A stretch of DNA of 64,000 nucleotides from Neocallimastix sp. 'constans' (GCA_050613775.1 JBODTK010000010.1:1-64000); one strand, 5' to 3'. Positions 34,872 to 50,483 are shown, numbered from the stretch's first letter. The notes: a model not told the origin generated them from the sequence alone. Numbers and translations: made by a program.

Positions 34872-35775
34872 TTGCTGATTATATTATTACTATGCCTATA
34901 ATAATTAAGAATGTTAAATCAATAAATTTATCTATTAACTTGCATATAATCATGATTTTTTTAAAATTATATATATATTATTTTAAATATATTGATTACT
35001 AGAATGTTTATTCATTCAATAAAATTTTAAATTACTATAAAATTATTATCAAGTATATTATTCTAATAAATAAAAATTAAACTAAATAAATCATGCATTC
35101 TTCACAATCTAAAATTAATTTATATTCAAAACGAAAATTTAAAAAGTTATTAATTTTTTTAAAAGTTTAATATAATATATAATAAATTAATTAAAAAATA
35201 TATTATTTTAAATATATTAAAATAATTCTATAATTTTATCTGATTATTTGTTTAATTAAATATTTCATTTAAATATTAAAATATTTACGTATAAACTTGT
35301 TCATAGAATATAAATATTGCAATTTTTTTTTTTTAATTAATATAATCTAAATGAGTAATATAATATATGAATATACAATATATATTTTTAATAAATATTA
35401 TGTATAGTTTGATAATGTTATGAATAAATATTTCTGAATTCTTATTATTAAAGTATTAAATATCAATTAAAGTATTAAATTTTATAATAAAAATAATAAT
35501 AAATATTTCTAAATTCTTATATTATTAATATTTGTGATAACAAATATTATATCAATTAAAGTATTAAATTTTATAATAATAATAATAATAATAATAATAT
35601 TTATTTAATTTTTTATGTCTTGTGTTTGTTTAATTTATTTCATAACGAATTTAGTTGTTTATAAGTGAAAATTTTATAACTTTCAAAAATGAAGTATATA
35701 AGTGTTGAGAAGAATTAAGAAAGGGAAATGTATTTAATCATAAACTTTACTACGAATATGATTGAAAAATGAACC

Positions 35776-35780
<5 letters not shown>

Positions 35781-35827
<47 letters not shown>

Positions 35828-36596
35828 CAGGGAAGAGAATACACTTCCAAAACTTTATTATATTAATTTTATTTTAAAAAAAAAATACATGTAGGTGAAA
35901 AGTACATTTGAAATTATAAATAAAAAAAATTTAAAAAATAAAAAAAAAAAAAAAAAAAAAAATAAAAAAGCTCGAAAATACTCCGTATTTCGGCAAGTTG
36001 TAACTATGCGGGAATTTTTCCCTTCCTAACAAATAAAAAAGAAATAAAACCTAGAAGTAACATCTATAAAATAGATAGTGTGGTGTCCACTAAACTTTCC
36101 CCGGATTCATCATTTATTGAACTACTAGGGCGAGATTCACCCTTTGTAGAAATAGATGCAGATCCTGTATTATCATTATATTTTACAATACCTATCAAAT
36201 AATATCTTAAACGAACTACTTATGATAGGTATTGCTCTTGTTAAGAATTCCGCCAAGCCCACAATTTTTAGAATAGGTGACTCAGATGAACCTTTGAAAA
36301 GTAGTTCATTTAATTGTCTCTGTTCCTCACTATCGAAATGTAGCTCATTTAAAACTAAAGTCAATTAACCAATGCCTTATCCATTATTTATTACTTTTAC
36401 AACAGGGACAAAAATTAGGACACGTTTGATCTATTATTTTTGCAGCTTTAGCAATTCTAGCATCTAATCTATATCCGCTTCGTGCTCTCAATAGCCAATA
36501 GAAACCATATGAAAGATCAGGATATTCATAACAAAGTTTTATAAAATTTGATGTTTCTACTTTATTAAATAGTAAAAAACTATTATAACACAATTT

Positions 36597-36598
<2 letters not shown>
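35781..36598 (-). mobile_element. Poly(A)-tailed non-autonomous retroposon, copy A
   Basis: Poly(T) at 35781-35824 on the + strand. Encodes FIKLCYEYPDLSYG...CPNFCPCCKSNK*WIRHWLID, then a different C-terminal segment. Closely similar to 37606-38435. Confidence 0.75.
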
Positions 36599-36631
<33 letters not shown>

Positions 36632-37602
36632 GGCAGCAAACTTGTTTCATCTTTATTAATTAAATATTTGATAAAATACATGTAATAAAATAATAAAAAA
36701 AAAAAAGATAAAAAAATAAACAAAAAATAAAACACAAAATAAAAATAAAATAATGGTATAATATATTCTAGTTTCATTTAATTAATATTTGTAAGACTTC
36801 ACAAGGGCATTATTATACTGAAGTATAATAATTAACTTTGACTTCGCAATGTTAATCATAATTTTAAGATACAAAATTATGATCTTCATTGGTTGCGCTA
36901 GCCCTGTTGGCCTGTCTTACTGTTTCTTCAGCATTGACGCTCTTGGTAGTAGTAGTACGATTCGATTTGAACCTATTGAACAAAGACCATTGCTGGCCAA
37001 TAGCAATAGTTATAATCGATTGGAGAAGTGCCGCAGTAACCACTAAGAACGGAGTATCAGAATAAGCACCTGATTTCATCTGGCACTTAAATAGATCCTT
37101 CCATTCCCTTGTACTGTTATTAATACTTCGACCTCCAAGAAGGAAATTAAACACTTTTTCACACACACTAGAATCAATATACACATTATTTTCAATACTA
37201 TTACTAACATTACTAAAAATACTATTACTAATATTATTATTACTATTATAACTATTACTATTATTACTATTACTATTATCATTATTACTATTAATAATAT
37301 CATTTGTTAGGTTGCCACGGTAAAAAGCATTATATAAAAATAAAATTTTATCATTAACTTTACTACGAGTATGATTGAAAAAGGGACAATCAATTAACCA
37401 ATGACTTAACCATTGTTTATTACTTTTACAACAGGAACAAAAATTAGGACACATTTGATCTACTATTTTTGCAGCTTTAGCAATTCTAGCATCTAATCTA
37501 TATCCGCTTCGTGCTCTCAATAGCCAATAGAAACCATATGAAAGATCAGGATATTCATAACAAAGTTTAATAAATTTTGATGTTTCTTCGAATTTGTTTT
37601 TG

Positions 37603-37605
<3 letters not shown>
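36599..37605 (-). mobile_element. 5'-truncated non-LTR retrotransposon 3' end, copy B (ORF2 C-terminal zinc knuckle plus 3' UTR and poly(A))
   Basis: Open frame to the stop at 36864 with CSCCKSNKQWLSHWLIDCP (CCHC-type motif typical downstream of RT). Poly(T) at 36599-36628. No RT or endonuclease domain present. Confidence 0.75.
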
Positions 37606-37647
<42 letters not shown>

Positions 37648-38435
37648 CAGGGAAGAGAATACACTTCCAAAACTTTATTATATTAATTTTATTTTAAAAA
37701 AAAAAAAAAATACATGTAGGTGAAAAGTACATTTGAAATTATAAATAAAAAAAATTTAAAAAATAAAAAAAAAAAAAAAAATAATAAAAGCTCGAAAATA
37801 CTCCGTATTTCGGCAAGTTGTAACTATGCGGGAATTTTTCCCTTCCTAACAAATAAAAAAGAAATAAAATTTAGAAGTAACATCCTTAAAATAGATAGTG
37901 TGGTGTCCACTATTTCTACGAAGGGCGAGAATCACCCTTCGTAGAAATAGATGTTGATCCTGCATTATCATTATGCCTTATCAGTACGACGTCGACGCTC
38001 TTGGATAAGTTTGATATTTTACAATACCTATCAAATAATATCTTAAACGAACTACTTATGATAGGTATTGCTCTTGTTAAGAATTCCGCCAAGCCCACAA
38101 TTTTTGGAATTGGTGACTCAGATGAACCTTTGAAAAGTAGTTCATTTAATTGTCTCTGTTCCCCACTATCGAAATGTAGCTCATTTAAAACTAAAGTCAA
38201 TTAACCAATGCCTTATCCATTATTTATTACTTTTACAACAGGGACAAAAATTAGGACACATTTGGTCCACTATTTTTGCAGCTTTAGCAATTCTAGCATC
38301 TAATCTATATCCGCTTCGTGCTCTCAATAGCCAATAGAAACCATATGAAAGATCAGGATATTCATAACAAAGTTTTATAAAATTTGATGTTTCTACTTTA
38401 TTAAATAGTAAAAAACTATTATAACACAATTTAAA
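37606..38435 (-). mobile_element. Poly(A)-tailed non-autonomous retroposon, copy A'
   Basis: Same ends as copy A (poly(T)-AGACAGGGAAGAGAATACAC...ATAACACAATTTAAA), with different internal indels. Confidence 0.75.
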
Positions 38436-38469
<34 letters not shown>

Positions 38470-38753
38470 TGAAGTAAAAGACTAAATTAAATTTATATAA
38501 ATATTATATATAAAAAAATTTATGATTTTTAAATATGAATTTTTTTTTTTTTATTAATTAAATTTATAAATGTACAATTAAAAATTTTTTTTCTTATTTT
38601 TTTTATTTTTTATACTTTTTATTGTATTATTTAATTTCTTTTTTTTTTATGAATTGTAAAAAATATATTATTATTTTAAATACAATTAAAAAATTTTTTT
38701 TATATTTTTATTTATTTATTTTTTATCAACTTTTTTTTTTAATTTATCCCCAT

Positions 38754-40561
38754 TTAATTGTGAATACAGTCGGTATTTCTAGTTAATTCAACTGGACATT
38801 CAACTTCATCAAAGACCATAGTTGGGTTATCAGCATTGAGGAACCAGTCGAATCTCCAGTAGCAAGACTCTTTAATAGCTTCTGGAAGACCTTCACAATC
38901 ATCACGGCTAGCGACACCACCGTAACGAGTACCCCAAACTTCATCAGGAGTATTAAATTGTGCAGAACAACCATTGAAAATACCGAAACCACCACCTGGA
39001 ATTTGAATATCAAAGTGATTATCACCAAGATCACCACCAGTGTTAGTAACTTGGACAACCATTTGCTTACCTTTAACTGGACCAGAGGTGAAAGTTAAGG
39101 CATAACAACGACAACACCATTCCTTTTCGGTTAAACCTTTGATAGAAGCAGCAGCATAACCATATGATAAAACTTCAGAAACAGCCCATGGTCTTTGGTC
39201 AGAACACATGTAAGATTCACCACCTTCACAACCAGACTTAGCATTATAGTTGGTAAGAGCGGTAAAACCATCAGCCTTACATTGTCTAACTGGAGCAGAA
39301 ACTGGTGCCTTGTCTGGCCATGAACAAGATGGCTTACAGCAATCCCAGTAACGAGTGGTAGTACCTTCTTTTTTACCTATTGGATATTTATATTCAGATG
39401 GATCATAAACCTTATTTAAGATATCATGACATTCACACATTTTAATTTCACAGGCATGACCGTTTTCATAACCCCAAAGGAAACCGGCTTGGTTTTCAGT
39501 AACGTTACATCCTTCACACCACTTTTGACCGTGTGGACCAATACCAGTAGCTGGCTTTAATTCAGCTTCTGTATCTGGTTCACATTGTTTGTATCCTGCA
39601 CTACCCTTACAAGTAGTACCTGCTTGACAACATTTATCTTCCATACCAGAACCACCACATTGCTTCCAAGCTGCAACACAATTTGTTTTATCAGTATTAA
39701 CAGTACAGACTGGTTCAAATTTGGTCATAGTATATGAACCACCGGAATTATTATCTTTTGTTTTTGTAACTTGAGTATTCTTTTTAGTGGTGGTTGTTTT
39801 ATTTGGTTTTGGAACAGTAGTGGTAGTTTTTTTACTCTTAACAATACCACACCATTCACCATTTTCAACACCCCATTCTCCTACAAAAGTTATATAACAT
39901 ATATTTTATTTATTTTTTTTTTTTTAATAATAATTTTTAATTAATTAGATACTAAAATTATTATTACAAATAATATTTTTTATAATAAATTTTTATAATT
40001 TCATATATCAATTTGAAAGTACCTTGATCATCAACATATTCAACTGTAGTTCCTTCACAGCATGGATATGGATCAGACCAGCAATCAGTTTCATTTACTG
40101 GCTCAATACCACACCTTTAATTTTGAAAATAAATTAAATATTTAAATATTATTTATATTATTAATTGATATTTAAAATAAAATTAAATAATTAAGAATAT
40201 TAATGTAAATTCTTTATTATTCTAAAATTTATATATAATTTAATAACCCTACCATTCACCGTTTTCAACACCCCATTCACCTTGATCATCAACATATGCA
40301 ACTTCAATACCTGAACTACAACATGGATAATCTATAATAACAGATTTTGTAATTATTGTAAATTATATATATTATTAATATAATATAAAATAAATTTTAA
40401 ATATTGATATATATTTAAATATAATTTTTTTTCATAAAATAAATTTCTTTAAGATACAATTATTTTTTTAAAAACTAAATGACTTAATTACCTGGAAGGA
40501 ATGAACAAGCTTTAGATAAAGCAACTAAGGAAGAAATAGTTAATATACTCTTTATTTGCAT
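38754..40561 (-). CDS. Cellulosomal GH45 endoglucanase (signal peptide, 2 dockerins, linker, CBM1-like, divergent dockerin/CBM10-like, GH45); exons 40561-40492, 40331-40253, 40114-40023, 39880-38754
   Basis: GH45 motifs [12 protein letters not shown] and [16 protein letters not shown]1-like WKQCGG...CC...C...YKQC; dockerins YPCC...[11 protein letters not shown] twice; start [18 protein letters not shown]. Introns are GT-AG and in phase. Confidence 0.93.
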
Positions 40562-42294
40562 TTTTGTTAAATACTGCTATTGGTTTTTTATAATATATAT
40601 TAATCAATAATATTTATTATTTTCTGGTATTATTTTATAATAAATTGAGCCCTGCTCCTTTTTCTTTTTTTTTTTTTTTTTTTTATTTAAAGTATTTTTA
40701 TTATACTTAAATTTATGAATATTAATTATAAAAAAGAAAAGTTATCTTATATTTATATAAAAAAAAATATTAATTAAAATTTGGATAAAATAAATTATAT
40801 GTAATAAAAAAAATAATATATTTCTTTATATATATAAATAATTAAAACCTTATTTTTATTATTATATATTTTTTTATCTTTTAACTTAATTTAAGTTTTT
40901 TTTTTAATTTAAAAAAATTTTTTTTTTTAATTTAAATTTTTTTTTTTTTTTTTGATTTTATAATTATTCTTAAATACTTAATTCAGTAAATATATTAGAT
41001 AGATTGAAATAGTAACTTTATATATATTACAATATATATAATACAATATATATAATAGTATATTAATTATATTATTTACAAGATTTATCAATAAATCTTA
41101 ACATTATTTATTTTATTTTAATTTATTCCAAAATTGGTGTTTATTGTACATAGGATTATGACATTATGACTAGAAATAAAAAATAAATTAAAATAATTTT
41201 AAAAGGTATTCAAATTTATTAATTATTAATATTACTTAATTTTTGAATCAAAATTAATATTAATATTATAATTACTTATTAATAATAATTACTTATTATA
41301 TTATTATTTTTATCTCGTATCATCATCATTAATAATTGTTATTATTAATAATTAGTAATTTAAGTAATAATAAGTAATGAGCAATAAAAGTAACTAGTAA
41401 CAATAAATAATTTATGTAATAACAAATATAAATAATTATTAATAAAAAATAATTAAAAAACTCTGTTCAAATTCTTTTTTGTAGTATGAAAGTCTTCATG
41501 CGCAGCTTCGAATCTACTAAGAAAGAAATTTAAATAATTTAAATTAGAATAAAACTTTATTTACTAATAATTTAATTAAAAAAAAAAAAAAAAACAAGAG
41601 AAAAATTATTCCTTTAAAAAAATTTTTTTAGTAATTTCTAAAGATTAAAGAATTAAAGAAATTTTTTTTTTTTTACCAACTATTTTTTGTAAATCTTTTC
41701 TTATATAACAATAAATATTTGAATATATAATAATAAATGTATAATATACACATTGTATATTTTTTTTAATTTCTTATAATAATGTAATTGAATATTTTTT
41801 TTTATTTTTTTTTTATAGATTCTTAACATTAATATTTGTATAATATTATTAATTTGAATGTATATTTTATATATTATATAATAATAAATGTATAATGTAT
41901 ATAATGTATACATTGTTTATTTATTATATAATAATATAATTGTATATTTTTTTATTTTTTTTTTATAATAAATACTTAATATATATAATGTATATACAAA
42001 TGCTTGTTCTATTTTTTTTTTATTTTTTTTTTTTATAATAAAATCTTAATATATATATATTTTTTTATTTTTTTTTTTTATAAATTCATAATATATATGT
42101 TAAGAGTTTATAGTAGATATAAATTCTTGTTATCATTTTTTCAACTATAAAATAAATTTTTTTAATATAAATTTTAATTATTATAAAATTGTATTATTTA
42201 ATAAAAAAAAAAAAAAAATTTAATATAAATCTTAATTAATATAAAAAATTTATTTTTTTATATTAAAAAAAAATTTTTTTTATTTTGTTCAATC

Positions 42295-42325
<31 letters not shown>

Positions 42326-43437
42326 TATTTATTATTATTAATTATTATTATTTTAAATAAACTTTAATAAATATATTTTTTTAATAATAATAATATTATT
42401 ATTAAAAAAAATTTATTCTGTCTCCCTAAAAATCAGAATGAATATTTTCTCTTAATGAATATACAAAATAAAATACAAGGATCATTATTATCATTAAAAT
42501 TTAATATGAATGAATATAAATAAAATAATGAATATAAATAAAATACAAGGATCATTATTATCATTAAATTTTATATATTATTTTATTAAAAATTACTTTT
42601 TCCTAATATTTTTTTATTCATTAAAAATTTCCTTTCTTTAATAATTATTACCTCCACTTTTAATATCATTTTTATATAATTATTACCTTAATCATTTGAG
42701 AATAAATTTTAAAATAAAGTAATTAATAAAAATATATCATAAAATTTATTAATATACATTTTTAAATAAATTGTAAATATAAAAAAAAAAAAATTATGTA
42801 TATATATTTTTTTTAATTAATTAAATGAAAATAAAAAGAATAAAATTTTGATAATATATAATATTTTTCCTTGTAATAATAAATGAAATTGTAATAATAA
42901 ATGAAATAATAAAAATAATAAATAAAAAAATAAAAATACCAAATTAAAATATTAAAATTAAATATATAAATAATATATTTTTATTTTATTATTTTTTTTA
43001 ATTTATTAATAAAAAAATTAAACTTTTTTTTTTTTTTTTAATTATTATATATTTTATTTGGGTATTATTTAATAATATATTATATAAAAATAATTACAAT
43101 TCACATTTTTAGTAAATGTTTTATATAATAGGTATAATATAATAACATATATATTAAATTAATAAATATGATAATAATTTGATTTTTTTTTTTATATTAA
43201 TAAATATAAAGAGTTCGGATTTTAACAATTAGGTTTTTCATTTTAATAAATATATAATAATTAATTTCTGATATTAATATATTTATAATTCAATAAGTAA
43301 TATTAAATATTAATATTTAAATATTAAATTTTTAAAAATATTAATCAATTATTTTAATATTAAATTATAATTAAACAACACTTTTTCATTTTTTTTTTTT
43401 TGATAATCAAATTTAACCCAAACAATTTTTAATTGAT

Positions 43438-45858
43438 TTACATTTTTTCATGGAAAGTACGGGCAATGACTTCCTTTTGTTGAGCTGGTGTTAATTTAAC
43501 AAAGTTAACGGCATAACCAGAAACACGAATCGTAAGGTTTGGATAGTTTTCTGGATGAGCCATGGCATCTTCTAAAGTTTCACGCTTAAGAACATTGACG
43601 TTAAGGTGGTGAGCTCCCTTGCTGAAGTATCCATCTAATAAACCTGAAAGATTACCCTGGCGTTCCTTTAAACTCTTACCAATGGTATTTGGAACAATAG
43701 AGAAGGTGTTGGAAATACCATCCATGCAGGAGTCGTAGTTGACTTTGGCAACGGAAGAAAGAGAAGCAACAGCACCAGAGAATTCACGACCATGCATTGG
43801 ATTACAACCTGGCGCAAATGGTTGTCCGGCTTTACGACCATCTGGAGTAGAACCTGTCTTCTTACCATAGACAACATTGGAAGTAATAGTAAGAATAGAA
43901 AGAGTATGAGTGGCACCACGGTAGGTTGGAGTCTTTCTAAGCTTAGTAATAAGCTTGTCAGTTACCGTTCTGGCGAAGAAGTCAACACGATCATCATCAT
44001 TTCCGAATTTTGGGAAATCGCCTTCAACCTTGAAGTCAACGGTTAAACCAGTCTTTGGATCACGAATTGGCGTGACTTTCGCATATTTAATAGCTGAGAA
44101 GGAATCAGCAACAACAGAAAGACCAGCAACACCAAAGGCCATGAGACGGCGAACATCGGTGTCGTGGAGAGCCATTTGAAGCGATTCATAACAGTATTGG
44201 TCATGGCAGAAGTGAATGACATTCATGGTATTGACATAAAGCTTGGCTATCCAATCCATGGCCTTATCGTAGGTTTCCCACATCCAATCAAATGGAATTG
44301 GTCCTTCTGGAACGGGGCCGAAATCTGGTCCAACTTGCTTACCAGTTCTTTCATCCTTACCATGGTTAAGGACATAAAGCATAAGCTTGGCAAGGTTGCA
44401 ACGAGCTCCAAAGAATTGCATGTCTTTTCCAATTCTCATGGCTGAAACACAGCAAGCAATACCATAGTCATCTCCGAATCTGGCTGACATGAGGGCATCC
44501 GATTCATATTGAATCGATGAGGTATCAATGGATACCTTGGTAGCAAAGTCCTTGAAGTTCTTTGGAAGAGCCTTGTTCCAGAGAACAGTAATGTTTGGTT
44601 CTGGAGCTGGTCCTAAATTGTAGAGCGTGTTGAGAACACGGAATGATGTCTTAGTAACTAATGTACGGCCATCACTTCCCATACCTCCAAGGGACATAGT
44701 AACCCAAGTTGGGTCACCAGCAAATAAATCATTGTATTCTGGAGTACGCAAATGACGAGCAAAACGTAACTTCAAGATAAGATTATCAATGATTTCTTGT
44801 GCCTCAGATTCTGTGATGACGCCATTCTTTAAATCGTTTTCGAAGAAACAATCAAGGAAGGCATCAACTCTTCCAAGAGACATTGCTGCTCCATCTTGTT
44901 CCTTAATCGATCCTAAATAGCCAAAGTAAACGAATTGCGTAGCTTCTCTGGCATTCTTGGCTGGTTTTGAAATATCAATACCATATGATTTGGCCATTTG
45001 AGTAAGTTGCTTAAGAGCTTTAACTTGATCTGCTACTTCTCCAATTAATTTCATGGTTGGTTCATCCATTTGTTTCTTTTGTAATTCCGCCTTATCTTTT
45101 TCCTTTTGAGCAATAAGACGATCAGTACCGTAAAGAGCAACACGACGGTAGTCACCGATAATACGACCACGTCCATAACCATCTGGTAAACCTGTCATGA
45201 TCGCATTGGAACGACCGGCTCTCATTTCCTTTGAGTAGATATCAAAGACTGCAGTGTTATGAGTCTTACGATAATCTGTGAAGATGTGTTCTACTTCCTT
45301 GTCCATTGGGACATTAACAGCCTTAAGGGCATTCTTAACCATGTTTACACCACCAAATGGCTTAATGGCTCTCTTCAATGGAACATCGGTTTGGTATCCG
45401 TAGATAACTTCATTTTCCTTATCAAGGTAACCTGGCTTATGTGAAGTGATGGTTGATGGGGTGTGTGGATCAACATCATATAAACCTCCATTGGCACGTT
45501 CTTTAGCTAAGTATTCTTCAGCCTTACTGAAAAGCTTCTTTGTCTTTTCTGTTGGTCCAGAAAGGAAGGAGGCATCTCCTTCATATGGGGTGTAGTGTTT
45601 CTTGATCCAGCCTTCAACATCAATTTCGCTCTTAGCAGCTGCATCATTGGTGATACATGGAGCTACTTTCGAAGAATATTTCATAGTTTGGATACTCTTA
45701 GAAGAAGTCTTTGAAGTCGTCTTCATCCTAAGACTTGTACTTCTCATTGGAGTAGTATGTAGAGAACGTGAAACAGCTGGACCTGCAACTTTAACTGCAG
45801 CAACAGCGGTAACTGGAACAACAGCATTGTTAGCTTGACTTAAAATAATGCTTTCCAT
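43438..45858 (-). CDS. pfl: Pyruvate formate-lyase with N-terminal (probably hydrogenosomal) presequence, copy 1
   Basis: Active-site IACCVS; glycyl-radical motif TIRVSGYAV; ~70-aa Ser/Thr/Lys/Arg-rich N-terminal extension; intronless. Confidence 0.97.
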   Translation of the reverse strand: MESIILSQANNAVVPVTAVAAVKVAGPAVSRSLHTTPMRSTSLRMKTTSKTSSKSIQTMKYSSKVAPCITNDAAAKSEIDVEGWIKKHYTPYEGDASFLSGPTEKTKKLFSKAEEYLAKERANGGLYDVDPHTPSTITSHKPGYLDKENEVIYGYQTDVPLKRAIKPFGGVNMVKNALKAVNVPMDKEVEHIFTDYRKTHNTAVFDIYSKEMRAGRSNAIMTGLPDGYGRGRIIGDYRRVALYGTDRLIAQKEKDKAELQKKQMDEPTMKLIGEVADQVKALKQLTQMAKSYGIDISKPAKNAREATQFVYFGYLGSIKEQDGAAMSLGRVDAFLDCFFENDLKNGVITESEAQEIIDNLILKLRFARHLRTPEYNDLFAGDPTWVTMSLGGMGSDGRTLVTKTSFRVLNTLYNLGPAPEPNITVLWNKALPKNFKDFATKVSIDTSSIQYESDALMSARFGDDYGIACCVSAMRIGKDMQFFGARCNLAKLMLYVLNHGKDERTGKQVGPDFGPVPEGPIPFDWMWETYDKAMDWIAKLYVNTMNVIHFCHDQYCYESLQMALHDTDVRRLMAFGVAGLSVVADSFSAIKYAKVTPIRDPKTGLTVDFKVEGDFPKFGNDDDRVDFFARTVTDKLITKLRKTPTYRGATHTLSILTITSNVVYGKKTGSTPDGRKAGQPFAPGCNPMHGREFSGAVASLSSVAKVNYDSCMDGISNTFSIVPNTIGKSLKERQGNLSGLLDGYFSKGAHHLNVNVLKRETLEDAMAHPENYPNLTIRVSGYAVNFVKLTPAQQKEVIARTFHEKM

Positions 45859-46816
45859 TTTGTCATATATTTTTTTTTCTATTTAAGTTATATTTATTTT
45901 ATTTAAAAAAAAAAAAAATCTTTATAAATTTTATTTTTTTTTTCTTTGGTATAAAGAATTAATTTTATTATAATTTTAATTCTTGATATATATTTAAAAT
46001 GAATTGAGAAAAATAAAAATTTATTTGAAGAAAAAAATGATTCCTTTTATATTTTAAAATTATATATAAAAATTATTTTTTAAAGTTTTTATTTTAAAAT
46101 TATATATACAAAATTTATTTTTTAAAACCTATTTAATAAAAAATTTATTTATTTTATTAATTGAATTATTGTAAATTTTATTTAATAAAATTTTTATTTA
46201 TTTTATTAATTGAATTATTAAAAATATGATATAAAAAATATATATATTAATAATTTGAACTACAAAAATATATATAATTAATAAATAATTTTTATGTGTA
46301 TATACGTGAAAATAGATATTTATAATTTTTCTTTTTTTATAAAATGAAATTAATACTTATAAAATAAAAAAACAAAAATAAAATATATTAAATATACTTT
46401 TTATAAAATAAAAAAACAAAAATAAAATATATTAAATATACATATTATGGATTATTTAAGAAATTATTATATTTTTGATTAACCGTTAATAATATTTCGT
46501 GAATAATTCCTATAATTACATGGAAATAACTACTTAAACAAAATTAAATATATATTGAATATATTTAAAAAAACGAAAACAAAAAAAAAAAAAAAAATTG
46601 TATATTTATTTATAAATTTATTAACCTAATTTATATAAATAGAATCCAATAAATTTTAAAATTTAAAGATATCATAAATAATAAATCCATATAAAAAAAA
46701 TGAAGAGAATTGTTATTGTGTAACATTTATATAATATTATAATATAAAAACTACTTAAGTTGAAAGTAGTTATATTTATTAAAGTTATATAAATAAAATT
46801 TAAAATTTTTATTTTT

Positions 46817-46917
<101 letters not shown>

Positions 46918-46971
46918 AAAATATTTTTTAATGTTAATAAATAAAATTTAAAATTTTTATTTTTTATTTTA

Positions 46972-47005
<34 letters not shown>

Positions 47006-48937
47006 GAAATATTTTATATTTTATAAAAGTATTAATTTATATTTATTTTGTTATTTGTAGTTTATATATATATATATATATATTTTAATAAAATTAAAAT
47101 ATTTTGGTGTAATAATATGTAAATTATAAACATAGGAAAATATTCCTATATTTATTTTTATTTGTTATTTATATAACAAAATTTTTTTATAATTTTTAGA
47201 CTCTTATCAATTTTTATTAACTTTTTTAAATTAAATAAATTATATAGAATGATACCTAATTTTTTTAATATCTTCTTTAAATTAAATCAGTAGGCAAGAA
47301 ATTAAAAAGTTATTAATTAACCTACTTTCTAATTAAATATGCTTAGTAGTACTTAATAAATTTGTTTATGGAATCAAATAAAAATTATTTTTAATATATC
47401 ATACTCTTTATACAATTCTAAAATAGGAAAATGTCCATAATATCTGTATTTTCCTTTTAATATATGAAACATTTAATATTTTAAAAATATAAATAGTAAA
47501 ATTATAAATTATATTCATTAACTTAACACTAGTTAATTAGTAGTTTAATTAAGTTTAATATTTTAATTAAAAAAAAAAAAAATATTTATTTATATATCAT
47601 AATAATATTAATATTTTAATTAAAAAAATATATATATATATTTATATATATATCTTAATAATAACTTATAATAATAGAAAAAAAAAATTTTTTTTTTTTA
47701 TTTTTAAATTTTTATTTTTAATTCTAATAAACCGTAAATTAAGTAAGATCCATTCTGTGTAACTTTAAAATATTAATAATTTTAATAATTTATTTATTTT
47801 TTTAATTTATTTTGTTTTATTTTTATTTTTATTTTTATTTTTATTTTTTAAAAAAAAAATTAAATCATCTTTTTAGTTAACTAAATTTTTAATTTTTTAT
47901 TATATAAAATATATAACAATTTTATTTTAAATTGGATTTTTTCAAATATTTTTAAAAATTCAATTATTTTAGATACCTTTGTACTTTAAAATATAAAGAT
48001 ATGTAATAATTTATATTATTAGATACATATATATAATCTCTATCTGTATCTAATAAACGATTCCATCATTAAAAAAAAATATATATATATATAATAGAAA
48101 TCATAAATAGAAAAAATAACATTTTTTTATTTATTAAAAAAAAAAAAAATTATTTTTTCTATTTATAATTTTTATATTATAAACATTTATTTTTATATAA
48201 AATAATCTAAAAAATAAAGAAAAAAATTAAAAAGTAAAAATAAAAATAGAAAAAATAAATAGAGAAAAAAAATAAAAAACATAAAATATAAAAAATAAAA
48301 ATAGAAAAATAAAAATAAATAAAAGTAAAAAAATAAAAAATAAAAAAAATAAAATAAAAATAGAAAAATAAATAAAAAATAAAAAAATTCTATAATTAAA
48401 TTTACAAATAATCATTAATAATTTTTTAGAGTGAAATAAATTTACTTCATTAAAAAAAAAAAAAAAAAACATTTTTAAATATTAAAAGAATTAAAAAATA
48501 CTTTGAAAATTTTATAATAGGAATATTTAGCTATGAGTAATTTTTATGATAGGAATTTTTAACTATGTTACAATTTTATATTTATAATATAAATCTATAG
48601 GAATTTATAGTTTATTTTTTATTTTTTTTTTTTTTTTTATAGATATAATAATAAAATTAGGAAATTTTTATTTACATTTAAAAATAAGAAAAGGATTTAG
48701 GATAAATTAATAATAACGATATATTAAATGTTAATTATAAAAGTAAAATAAATATATAAATAAAAATAAAATAATGATACTATTTATAAATTTAAATATG
48801 TAATAGCAGATAATATAAAAAGTTACACCAAAATTAGATATTTTTTTTATTTAAATATTGATATTACATTATCAAAAATTAAAATATTATAATTCAAAAA
48901 TAAATTTAATAATTCATTAATATAAAAAATTTTAATT

Positions 48938-48969
<32 letters not shown>

Positions 48970-49479
48970 GAATAAAAAAATGAATTTTTTTTTTTTTAAA
49001 AAAAAAATATAACAATTAATAATTATATTTTTCATTTAGTTGATAATAAAATTTATTCATATGTTCCAATTAAAAAAAATAAATATATGAAAAGTTTTAT
49101 TTTTTATTTTTATTTTTATTTATTTTTTTTTTTTTTTTTATAACATTTTTGTTTTATAGAAAATAAAATGAATAACATAAATTCCATAAATTCCATACAT
49201 TTCATATATCTTTATTCAAATTATTAATAAAGTGTAGAGTATTTTATCATAATTATTTATTTAATTGAAATGGTAAAAAATAAAAAATATTAATAAAAAT
49301 AAAGAACAATTGAAATGGTAAAAAATAAAAAATATTAATAAAAATAAAGAACAATGACAACAATAATTAATAATTCATTAATAAAATATATATATTTTTT
49401 TTTTTTTGAATTTTTTAATTCATACTCTAAAGATTTTTTGTATAATAAGATAATTTAATATCTTATTAAATATTTACTT

Positions 49480-50235
49480 ATAGGCTATATTTATAATAGA
49501 ATCATATAAAGATATATGTTATATTAAATATTAAATATGTTAATATTTAAAATAGAATCATATAGAAGTATATGTTATATTTAAAACAGAATCATATAAA
49601 AATACATATTATATTTAAAATATAATCATATAAAAATTAAAGTAATTATTATTAGGATAAACTAATAATAATTGCATTAATTTTAAGGAATTTATATATT
49701 ATAAATAGAAATAATGAATTTATATAAAAGAAATAAAATAAAAAATTTATAATAAAATACAGAATAAAATAATAGGATTAAATATGTTATATTTAAAACA
49801 GAATCATATAAAAATACATATTATTTTTAAAATATAATCATAATAAAAATTAATGTAATTATTATTAGGATAAACTAATAATAATTGCATTAATTTTAAG
49901 GAATATATATATTATAAATAGAAATAATGAATTTATATAAAAGAAATAAAATAAAAAATTTATAATAAAATACAGAATAAAATAATAGGATTAAATATGT
50001 TATATTTAAAATAGAATCATATAGAAGTATATGTTGTATTTAAAACAGAATCATATAAAAATACATATTATTTTTAAAATATAATCATATAAAAATTAAT
50101 GTAATTATTATTTGGATAAACTAATAATAATTGCATTAATTTTAAGGAATATATATATTATAAATAGAAATAATGAATTTATATAAAAGAAATAAAATAA
50201 AAAATTTATAATAAAATACAGAATAATATAATAGG
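49480..50235 (+). repeat. ~190-250-bp tandem repeat (about 3 units) in the PFL spacer
   Basis: GGATAAACTAATAATAATTGCATTAATTTTAAGGAAT at ~49655, 49868 and 50114. Confidence 0.85.
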
Positions 50236-50445
50236 ATTTTATTTTATTAAAAAAGAATACATTATCTGTTATAAGATTTATTTTAAAGAATTGCTTATTT
50301 TATACACAATTTATAATAGTTACACAACAATAAAACTTTCTTAAAATTAATTTTATTATTTATTTAAAAAAAAAAAAATATTAATAACAAAATCTCTTGA
50401 AACTATTGGATTCTAATTATATCTTAAAATTAATTTTATTATTTA

Positions 50446-50483
<38 letters not shown>

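Noticed and set aside
36864..37670. 268-aa ORF as an independent host gene
   Set aside because: Its start and poly-Lys come from the 3' end and poly(A) tail of the neighbouring retroposon copy.
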